A stretch of DNA of 64,000 nt from Shigella phage vB_SboM_Phaginator. Positions within the stretch are counted from its first letter, which is position 1; the number at the start of each line of letters is the position of its first letter. Below are positions 18,082 to 25,405 of this stretch, in pieces. The notes beneath the pieces are model-generated. The model searched no databases and was not told where the DNA came from. It saw nothing but the letters and a program-made list of their open reading frames with translations. The position numbers and the translations under genes were made by a program. The DNA is taken from sequence record OL615012; one strand, given 5' to 3'.

Positions 18082-18714
18082 TTAACCTTTATTCATAAAA
18101 GCATTAAAAATTTGATCGTCAATAGAAACTTTTACTTTAGGCTGTTCTTCAAACGGTAATTCATATCCACATATTACAATTTTGTGATCGATACCAAAAT
18201 ACACAGAAGCAATATTATTAATATTATTTTCAGTGAAATCTAAATCAACATCAATATCTTTTTGACTAACGCTCAAAGGATAATTAATACGAATAATTCG
18301 ATTATCTTTAACAAAGATTCCACCGACATACTCTGTGCTGCGTTTAAAGTTTACACGTTTCCTAAATGAAAAATATTCAGGTTCTTTATGGGCTCGACTC
18401 ATAGGGCTTAAAGTGTATTCCGAATATGAAATATCAAATCCTACACCTTCAATATGAGCCAAAGTGTCATGATTAAACCAATTATAATCGTATGCCAAAT
18501 CCATTAAATTGTAATATGTGAAAGGCACCGGATTAACATCATATGTTGTACCTTTAAAATCTGCCCAGGCAACGATTTCGTTATCTTTAACAATTACAAA
18601 AATTGTGCCAATAAGATATCCACGGTTATTTTCATCAGGCGTTATATTATAACATTGTGCATCAGGAAATTTACCGTATTTAAACGGTGGATTTTTGTGC
18701 ATATAATAAATCAT
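18082..18714 (-). CDS. hypothetical protein (210 aa)
   Basis: C-terminus IDDQIFNAFMNKG; T4 61.2-like position. Confidence 0.6.
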   Translation of the reverse strand: MIYYMHKNPPFKYGKFPDAQCYNITPDENNRGYLIGTIFVIVKDNEIVAWADFKGTTYDVNPVPFTYYNLMDLAYDYNWFNHDTLAHIEGVGFDISYSEYTLSPMSRAHKEPEYFSFRKRVNFKRSTEYVGGIFVKDNRIIRINYPLSVSQKDIDVDLDFTENNINNIASVYFGIDHKIVICGYELPFEEQPKVKVSIDDQIFNAFMNKG

Positions 18715-18715
18715 A

Positions 18716-19009
18716 TTATTCGCCTGTGATTTCGGTTACGATATTTTTGTTATTAAAGTTTTTATCGCAATACAGAACATAATTATACTGCATTACACCA
18801 TCAGACTTAAGTTGTTTTTGCACTTCAGCTTTCATTTCAGGACGATCGCGCTCAACGATATTCATAATATCCGCTTCAATTTGAGTTTCAACTTCAGTCT
18901 GATCTGCAGTCATAGACCATTCACACAAGTCTTTATCATATCCTGCCATAGAAGGCTGAGCAGCACAAGAAGCCAAAGTAAAAATTGTAGCAAAAATAAA
19001 TTTTTTCAT
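18716..19009 (-). CDS. sp: Spackle (periplasmic, signal peptide)
   Basis: 97-aa ORF with signal peptide MKKFIFATIFTLASCAAQP; same length and position as T4 sp. Confidence 0.8.
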   Translation of the reverse strand: MKKFIFATIFTLASCAAQPSMAGYDKDLCEWSMTADQTEVETQIEADIMNIVERDRPEMKAEVQKQLKSDGVMQYNYVLYCDKNFNNKNIVTEITGE

Positions 19010-19037
19010 GATAATCTCCTCAGTAGTTTATGTTTAT

Positions 19038-19067
19038 ATAGTATATCAATTTCCAACAAAAGTAAAC
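19038..19067 (-). promoter_or_regulatory. T4-type early promoter
   Basis: Minus strand GTTTAC-18 nt-TACTAT, then GAGGAG and the sp ATG. Confidence 0.55.
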
Positions 19068-19069
19068 AG

Positions 19070-19327
19070 CTATTTTAAAACTTCTGCATAATCACATGTT
19101 ACAAACTGTTTCTCTAACTTGACGATTTTACGAAAGTATCTTTTGCATTGGCGAATCTGTCGCTTCGTAGGGCGCACAGCAAACTTAATAAATTCCACTC
19201 GACCAAATGGAGGACTTTCTTCTGCTGGAATATCTAACACCAATTCCCACGTATCCGCAATAAGTGCCTTGAATTGAGTATTTTTCCTAACATTATACGG
19301 AGTAGGTTTAAATAAAACAATATGCAT
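19070..19327 (-). CDS. hypothetical protein (85 aa), T4 61.4 position
   Basis: ORF-track ORF between dmd and sp. Confidence 0.55.
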   Translation of the reverse strand: MHIVLFKPTPYNVRKNTQFKALIADTWELVLDIPAEESPPFGRVEFIKFAVRPTKRQIRQCKRYFRKIVKLEKQFVTCDYAEVLK

Positions 19328-19328
19328 A

Positions 19329-19511
19329 TTATCCTCTGCAATCTACTTCACACACTTGCTTGTCATCAATGAAAGCTTTAACTAATGCTTTATTAACTTC
19401 AGCATATTGAGTAGTAGCCCATTGAACGTCATCTTTCATCATTGTGATTTCTTTAGTAAACATGCTTTCATTCTTAAACCACCCCATAAAAACTACCTTT
19501 ACTAATTCCAT
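19329..19511 (-). CDS. dmd: Dmd antitoxin (inhibitor of host RnlA/LsoA)
   Basis: 60-aa ORF MELVKVVFMGWFKNES... matches T4 Dmd as recalled; directly downstream of gene 41. Confidence 0.85.
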   Translation of the reverse strand: MELVKVVFMGWFKNESMFTKEITMMKDDVQWATTQYAEVNKALVKAFIDDKQVCEVDCRG

Positions 19512-19540
19512 AACAATCTCCTCATTTAACCAACAAGACT

Positions 19541-19570
19541 ACTATACCATAGTCTTGCCAGCTTGTAAAC
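19541..19570 (-). promoter_or_regulatory. T4-type early promoter
   Basis: Minus strand GTTTAC-18 nt-TGGTATAGT, then GAGGAG and the dmd ATG. Confidence 0.65.
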
Positions 19571-20997
19571 TAAAATTTTAATTCATTTGCCAAAGCATCT
19601 AACTGAGCTCGAGTGGATTCATTTCTTTGATAGCGATTCTGTTCAGCCTGAATCTGCTGTGAACCTGCTACTTCACTCACTTCAGTTGGAGTAGAATCTT
19701 GTTCAATTTCTACCCATTTCTGATTTCCCTTTTGAACACCCATCAAAAACTTATTCCACTTATTTTTATCACCATATCGTGATTTGATTTGCTTAATGAG
19801 TTGCTGTTCAGCAGCTGCTAGCTCCTCGGTTTCAATGACCGCAAGCATAAAATCGGCTGTTGCTGGAAGACCGGCAGATTCTGCAATATCGCTCATGTTA
19901 ACATCAGAAGAATCCCAAGCTTGTTTACCAACCTGTGCTGCGGTCCAAAGAACAGTTTCGGTTTCAACAGCAAGAGCACGCAATTCTTCTGCGATGGCTT
20001 TAACAGTTGTGTAACTATTTTCTGAATAAACTCTGATGCGGCAAGATTTACAAATACCTAGATAGTCAACAATAATGATTGTTGGAACAAAATTCTTCTT
20101 GAGCTTTAATTCGTTTAAAAGCGATCGAAATGTATTAGCGTCTGCTCCACCAGTAGGATACTGTTTAACGATTAAACGGCCGAGAGTAGATTTCTCACGC
20201 CATTTTTCCATTTTTCCTTTATATTCAGCGTAAGAAATATGCCCATCATCAATGTCATCAAGAGAAACGTCAAGCATATTAGCATCAATACGTTTAGCAC
20301 AGACTTCTTCTGCCATTTCCATGGAAATGTAAAGAACGTTATGTCCGAGCTGCAAATAATCTGCTGCCAATGAACACAGACCTAATGACTTACCAACGTT
20401 AACACCAGCCATTAAAACGTTCAGTGTTCCAGTTTCAGCTCCGCCTTTAGTAATTTTATTTAGAATTTTGAGTTTAAATGGAACTTTACGAGCTTTATTC
20501 ATATAAGATAGCCAACGTGCTTCATAATCATCCATCCAATCATGACCAACGTAGCTATCAAATGAAATTGACAATGCTTGTCGCATGATGTCAGGAATAG
20601 CACCAACATCCGGCATTTTCTTATTTCGTTTTTCCGGAGGAAGCTCAGCATTAGTTTGAATTTCAATTATTTTAGATGTGGCGTTAAACATCGCCCTTTG
20701 CTGAACATATTTTTCTGTTTCTTTTACTAACCAGCTATGGTCTTCCGGAGAATCGGCCAGTTTTGAAATAAGTGTTTTTACACCAGAATATTCTGTTTCA
20801 GTAAATGAACTATTTTCTAACGCAACATTTAACGCATTAATAGATGGAACGCTATGGTACTCATTAACATGAGATTTAATTAATTTGAATGTATTTTTAG
20901 CTGGACCACTTTCAAAATATTCTGAATCCATATATGGCCAAACTTTTGAAAAATAAGCTTGATCAAATATGAGATGAGAAAGAATAATTTCTACCAC
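19570..20997 (-). CDS. 41: replicative DNA helicase (gp41)
   Basis: 475-aa ORF, T4 gp41 length; DnaB-like Walker A GVNVGKS. Confidence 0.9.
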   Translation of the reverse strand: MVEIILSHLIFDQAYFSKVWPYMDSEYFESGPAKNTFKLIKSHVNEYHSVPSINALNVALENSSFTETEYSGVKTLISKLADSPEDHSWLVKETEKYVQQRAMFNATSKIIEIQTNAELPPEKRNKKMPDVGAIPDIMRQALSISFDSYVGHDWMDDYEARWLSYMNKARKVPFKLKILNKITKGGAETGTLNVLMAGVNVGKSLGLCSLAADYLQLGHNVLYISMEMAEEVCAKRIDANMLDVSLDDIDDGHISYAEYKGKMEKWREKSTLGRLIVKQYPTGGADANTFRSLLNELKLKKNFVPTIIIVDYLGICKSCRIRVYSENSYTTVKAIAEELRALAVETETVLWTAAQVGKQAWDSSDVNMSDIAESAGLPATADFMLAVIETEELAAAEQQLIKQIKSRYGDKNKWNKFLMGVQKGNQKWVEIEQDSTPTEVSEVAGSQQIQAEQNRYQRNESTRAQLDALANELKF

Positions 20998-21006
20998 ACT
21001 TACTCC

Positions 21007-21369
21007 TTAAAAGAATTTAAACTTTTTCTTTGACCTTTTATTAAATGCATCTTGTAGTTGCATTGTAATACATTTTTCTACATGAGGAGCTAACTCAGCT
21101 TTTCTTTCTTGGTCAAGAACAGCAAAGTCCATTACAACCTTTCCATCAACCCAATCCAGTTTAGTTACATACACTATATGTGTAGAACCATCTTCTAGTT
21201 TAATGACAATCTCCTGGATAACATTTTCCATGGCAGATTTAATTATCTTAAGAGATTCATTAAAAAGACGTTCTTTTCTTTCTTCTTCCCCCTCCGAAGA
21301 GGGGGATTCGTCGATAATTTCTAGATCTAAATCTAAATCATCTTTATTCATTAAATTCTTCCATATCAC
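21007..21369 (-). CDS. 40: gp40-like protein
   Basis: 120-aa ORF between uvsX and 41 as in T4; start may be the internal Met at 21351. Confidence 0.65.
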   Translation of the reverse strand: MIWKNLMNKDDLDLDLEIIDESPSSEGEEERKERLFNESLKIIKSAMENVIQEIVIKLEDGSTHIVYVTKLDWVDGKVVMDFAVLDQERKAELAPHVEKCITMQLQDAFNKRSKKKFKFF

Positions 21370-22525
21370 TTAACTGTTCGAGGTCAGTTTCTAAATCAGC
21401 TGCTGATTTACTTTTACTTTCTGGAGATTTAAATTTTTCAACCTTTGAGTTAATCAATTCATCAACTTCAGCTTCAACAATTTCATTACTATCAATAGCA
21501 CCTAATTGATAAGCACGTTTAATAGCATCTCGGAATGGTTGATGCTTAAATAAAGGACCCCAGAATGTAGTGCAGTTGGTATCTTTTGCACGCCAAGATT
21601 TTTCTTCGCGAATCATCTCGCCGGTTTCTTCGTCAAGAAATTCACGAGCATACCAACCATTTTTAGGTTTTACTACAAATCCTAATTCAAGAGCCATATC
21701 TAGCAATCCAGAATAAGGATCAATACCACCGTCAAATTTAACATCAATAAAGAATTTACTTTTTTCTTTAACGGTACGAGATTTTTCTACATTTAGAACA
21801 AATTGATACCCCTGAAGATCAGAACCATCTTTAATCTGACGCTTACCGATAATGAATACTGTATCAGCCGAATACATTACGCCTGTACCACCTGTCATCA
21901 CGGTTTTACTAAACATTTCAATTGTTTCAATTGTATGGTTAACCGCAACGCACGGAATATTTTTAATGCTAAAATAAGGAGTAACAATACGGAATAATGA
22001 CTTCAGTGATTTAGCACGAGTCATATCTGCCACAGATTTTTCATTTAAGGCATCTTCCGTTTCTTTCTTAGAAGCCATATTACCGATTGAGTCGATGAAT
22101 ACAATAACCTTTTCACCACGCTCAATAGCTTCAAGCTGGTTCACCATATCAATTTTCAGCTGTTCAACTGACTGAATCGGCGTATGAATTACTCGTTCCG
22201 GGTCAACTCCCATGGATCGCAAATAAGCTGGAGTAATACCAAATTCACTATCATAGAATAGACAAACCGCGTCAGGATATTTGTTCAAATATGCCGCAAC
22301 CATAGTCAAAGACATATTTGATTTAAAGTGTTTAGAAGGCCCTGCGAAAATAGTTAAACCAGACTGCATGCCGCCATCAATCGCACCAGAAATAGCAATA
22401 TTAAGCATTGGGATTTTTGTACGGATTACATCCTTTTCATTAAAGAATTTAGATGTAGTCAGTTCAGCAGTCATTTTAGAAGTGGAAGCTTTAATCAAAC
22501 GGGATTTTAAATCTGCAATAGACAT
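21344..22525 (-). CDS. uvsX: UvsX recombinase (RecA-like)
   Basis: 393-aa ORF MSIADLKSRLIKASTSK...; near-identical to T4 UvsX as recalled. Confidence 0.95.
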   Translation of the reverse strand: MSIADLKSRLIKASTSKMTAELTTSKFFNEKDVIRTKIPMLNIAISGAIDGGMQSGLTIFAGPSKHFKSNMSLTMVAAYLNKYPDAVCLFYDSEFGITPAYLRSMGVDPERVIHTPIQSVEQLKIDMVNQLEAIERGEKVIVFIDSIGNMASKKETEDALNEKSVADMTRAKSLKSLFRIVTPYFSIKNIPCVAVNHTIETIEMFSKTVMTGGTGVMYSADTVFIIGKRQIKDGSDLQGYQFVLNVEKSRTVKEKSKFFIDVKFDGGIDPYSGLLDMALELGFVVKPKNGWYAREFLDEETGEMIREEKSWRAKDTNCTTFWGPLFKHQPFRDAIKRAYQLGAIDSNEIVEAEVDELINSKVEKFKSPESKSKSAADLETDLEQLSDMEEFNE

Positions 22526-22602
22526 TCATTTTTTCCATAGGCATCATTATATTTTCCTCACTGGTTAAAGATAGGGTAATTATAACACAATAAATTTAGG
22601 CA

Positions 22603-23451
22603 TTAATCGACTGCTATTGGATGAATAGCATTAAACTTATGAAACGCTTCTGATTTTTCTTTGCGCGAAACACACATGCGAAGAACCTTTAATGGCTCGT
22701 CTTCTTCACCCAACGATTTTCGTTTTTCAATATTCGACGTTTTCCAACGAGCTTGCTCTGGAAACTCTCTATTGATTTGCTCAAGCGCTCTATTATGTTT
22801 AGAATTACTGCGAATTGAACTGCACCCGCCAGGAGCTTGTGCTTTTCCAGATACAACCAGATATTTGAACAAGGCCAAATGCGGATAACCTTGATTAATT
22901 AAATTGAGAAATGCATACATATCTTCGCATAAATCAATTTTTCCATACCCAATTTGTTCTGTCGTAAGTTTTCCGAGGTCATACCATGTATTCGTGAATC
23001 CATATGAATTTTCACGATAATTACCCCAAGATGAAGTAATTTTAAAAATAGGTAGACGAGCATGGCCATGATAATACCCACAATCCATGGCATCCTCAAC
23101 ATATTGAATCAATTCATAGAACTGTTCACGAGTCAATTGATTGACTTTATCTACGCAACGACGATCATCTCTTTTTCGCATTGAACTCATACGAATAGTA
23201 GTATCATCGTCAATCATCCAGATTCGTTGACCTGCATACATATCAGTAATTGCTTTACGAGTACCGGCAATTCCGTTTACATCATCAGGAATAGTTATAA
23301 TTTTAGCTCTAGACCCATAAGCGTCATGATAAGCTTTTTCTTCATGTTCACGCACTACAATATGTGGTTCATAATCAGTCGGAAACATATCAAGGGCAGA
23401 AACTGCCCCTACGCGTTGATAGCTTGGAATTACGAATTGAATCATTTCCAC
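22603..23451 (-). CDS. glycosyltransferase at the beta-gt locus, putatively beta-glucosyl-HMC alpha-glucosyltransferase
   Basis: 282-aa ORF between uvsX and 42; not the ~351-aa T4 beta-gt; IDDDTT looks like a GT-A DxD motif. Confidence 0.6.
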   Translation of the reverse strand: MEMIQFVIPSYQRVGAVSALDMFPTDYEPHIVVREHEEKAYHDAYGSRAKIITIPDDVNGIAGTRKAITDMYAGQRIWMIDDDTTIRMSSMRKRDDRRCVDKVNQLTREQFYELIQYVEDAMDCGYYHGHARLPIFKITSSWGNYRENSYGFTNTWYDLGKLTTEQIGYGKIDLCEDMYAFLNLINQGYPHLALFKYLVVSGKAQAPGGCSSIRSNSKHNRALEQINREFPEQARWKTSNIEKRKSLGEEDEPLKVLRMCVSRKEKSEAFHKFNAIHPIAVD

Positions 23452-24182
23452 TCACCGTTATAATCTTTTTTCACAATATGAGTTTCGCCAGTATTCCACC
23501 AATGATCAACCAAGTAAAAATGACGAGAATATACATGAAGACTTCCAACATTCCATATAATAGAACCTGCTTTATACTGACGAGTTGAATCGCCGGCATT
23601 CAAATCAGATACTAATTTATCTAATACGTATTTTTGCCATGCATAATCATTACGGAATCCGAAGACCACATCATTTGAGCGCATGCTTACTACTGCATTG
23701 ACTTTCTTATCACGAATCAGGTACTGTACTGTATTAGTACACATGAAATCTGACATACCATCTTTATTGTAATCAAATTGCATGGATGGACGAGTATAAA
23801 TCATGATACCACGTCGAGAATCAGGATTTTGACCAAGTTCAGCTAAACACATATCATACTGGGCATAGTTATCTTCTGACCAAATAGCCCAACCATAATT
23901 CGAGTTAATTTCGCCTTTAGAAGATGCTACCTGCTGCCAAATCTTTGGTGTTTCACCTGGAATATCTTTAACAAACAAGCTCTTAGATTTATACCATTCA
24001 AGTTCACGCTGAATGTATTCATCATTAAGAGCGCCAAAAATAAACGGTTCATCTGCTACAAATGATGCGCCAATAATTTCAATAGTTTTAACACCAGTTT
24101 TATCAACTACGAAATCTTTTTCTTTTAATGCAAGCCCCAAATGAAGACGGATTTCTTCAACTGTCATAGAGTCACTAATCAT
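23442..24182 (-). CDS. 42: dCMP hydroxymethylase (gp42)
   Basis: 246-aa ORF, T4 gp42 length; thymidylate-synthase-like fold. Confidence 0.9.
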   Translation of the reverse strand: MISDSMTVEEIRLHLGLALKEKDFVVDKTGVKTIEIIGASFVADEPFIFGALNDEYIQRELEWYKSKSLFVKDIPGETPKIWQQVASSKGEINSNYGWAIWSEDNYAQYDMCLAELGQNPDSRRGIMIYTRPSMQFDYNKDGMSDFMCTNTVQYLIRDKKVNAVVSMRSNDVVFGFRNDYAWQKYVLDKLVSDLNAGDSTRQYKAGSIIWNVGSLHVYSRHFYLVDHWWNTGETHIVKKDYNGEWK

Positions 24183-24189
24183 TTAAACC

Positions 24190-24339
24190 TCAATTGATGC
24201 ATTCATATTTAAATTGTAACAGTAATAAACCCCACCCTATGATAAGAGTTGGAATCATAGCAGGAACTGTTACGCTATAGTATATACTTATTATAACCAT
24301 CAAGATTAAAAGCAACACTGCTATAATTTTGCTTTTCAT
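24190..24339 (-). CDS. small membrane protein (49 aa)
   Basis: Hand-translated MKSKIIAVLLLILMVIISIYYSVTVPAMIPTLIIGWGLLLLQFKYECIN; ATGA overlap with the imm stop. Confidence 0.45.
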   Translation of the reverse strand: MKSKIIAVLLLILMVIISIYYSVTVPAMIPTLIIGWGLLLLQFKYECIN

Positions 24340-24587
24340 TCTTTCTCTCTGATGATAATTACCTGATTTGGCTGTGCAGACTTTTTAGTTTCACCAGCAA
24401 TTGACCAAATAAATGTAATAAACCAACCAATAATTGACCAGTTAAACAGTAAAGATGTGAAAAAGATTCCTACTGTCGATTTTGACCCACGCATCAAGGC
24501 GATAAACCATGGAAGCATGTATATAATAATAGCCAACACACCTGAAACTAAAACCATAAAAATTGAACCTGCTACTAAAGTTTCCAT
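24336..24587 (-). CDS. imm: Imm superinfection-immunity membrane protein
   Basis: 83-aa hydrophobic ORF between 43 and 42, T4 Imm length. Confidence 0.8.
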   Translation of the reverse strand: METLVAGSIFMVLVSGVLAIIIYMLPWFIALMRGSKSTVGIFFTSLLFNWSIIGWFITFIWSIAGETKKSAQPNQVIIIREKE

Positions 24588-24594
24588 GTTTTCC

Positions 24595-24975
24595 TCACTT
24601 AGTCAAATTTTTTACACATGAATTATAAGAATTCACTACATACTCCATCGGAGCATTTTTACCAGTACGCCATTGGTAATTATTAGCCCAATTAGCCCAA
24701 AGCTCGGCGCAGTAGTTTTCAATTTTTTCTTCGCGTGTAATTACATCCGAATTACGATATGCTTGAGCAGATTCATCTGGACGAATAGCTTCGTCAAAAT
24801 TCGCCTGCATTTGTTCTACTGTTTGCTTTGGAGCTTCTTTATAACACTTGACATTAGGATTATAAAATTTGCTTGAACAGTTTACAATTTTTCCTACATC
24901 AGACTGATTTACTACCGGTCCTTGAGCTACACAACCAGTAAGACTTAATGCAATAACCAAAATAGCGATTTTCAT
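24595..24975 (-). CDS. predicted lipoprotein (126 aa)
   Basis: Signal peptide with lipobox MKIAILVIALSLTGC. Confidence 0.65.
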   Translation of the reverse strand: MKIAILVIALSLTGCVAQGPVVNQSDVGKIVNCSSKFYNPNVKCYKEAPKQTVEQMQANFDEAIRPDESAQAYRNSDVITREEKIENYCAELWANWANNYQWRTGKNAPMEYVVNSYNSCVKNLTK

Positions 24976-24985
24976 AATAATTTCC

Positions 24986-25222
24986 TCAAATGCAAGTAGT
25001 AATTACTCCAGTAGTGCTTATGCAGGTATTACCCATTTGCACACCTAAAGATCCATTTGTATTCACATGAAGATTATCATCAATTTTAACTGATATTTTA
25101 CCATTAGTGTGAATAACGGTGCTAGATTCAATCACAGGTTGAGTATCATTTTCAACACTAACAAATGGAACTGCTGCTAATGCAACTAAACAAACTGCTA
25201 AGCATCCCATAACAATTTTCAT
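24986..25222 (-). CDS. secreted small protein (78 aa)
   Basis: Trimmed to the ATG after GGAGAATAAA; signal peptide MKIVMGCLAVCLVALAAVPFVS. Confidence 0.6.
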   Translation of the reverse strand: MKIVMGCLAVCLVALAAVPFVSVENDTQPVIESSTVIHTNGKISVKIDDNLHVNTNGSLGVQMGNTCISTTGVITTCI

Positions 25223-25259
25223 TTTATTCTCCAAATCTGTATCAGTAGTTGATAGTTGT

Positions 25260-25289
25260 ATAGTACCATGGAAGAACAGTCTTGTAAAC
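25260..25289 (-). promoter_or_regulatory. T4-type early promoter (TACTAT -10) with conserved leader
   Basis: Minus strand GTTTAC-18 nt-TGGTACTATA then leader CAACTATCAACTACTGATACAGATTTGGAGAATAAAATG. Confidence 0.6.
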
Positions 25290-25371
25290 AGTTTTGTGAA
25301 AATTTTTTAGGGAATTCTAAAGGTCCAGAATCATCTGTTTTTCATAAGTATAGATTTATATTACTTGTATG

Positions 25372-25392
25372 AAAAAGGGACCCGGAGGTCCC
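25372..25392 (-). terminator. intrinsic terminator after gene 43
   Basis: Minus strand GGGACC-UCCG-GGUCCC followed by UUUUU. Confidence 0.7.
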
Positions 25393-25405
25393 TAGATTTG
25401 TTCTA

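Noticed and set aside
22526-22602. Mini-ORF ATGATGCCTATGGAAAAAATGA directly upstream of uvsX
   Set aside because: Seven codons only; more likely part of the uvsX leader than a gene
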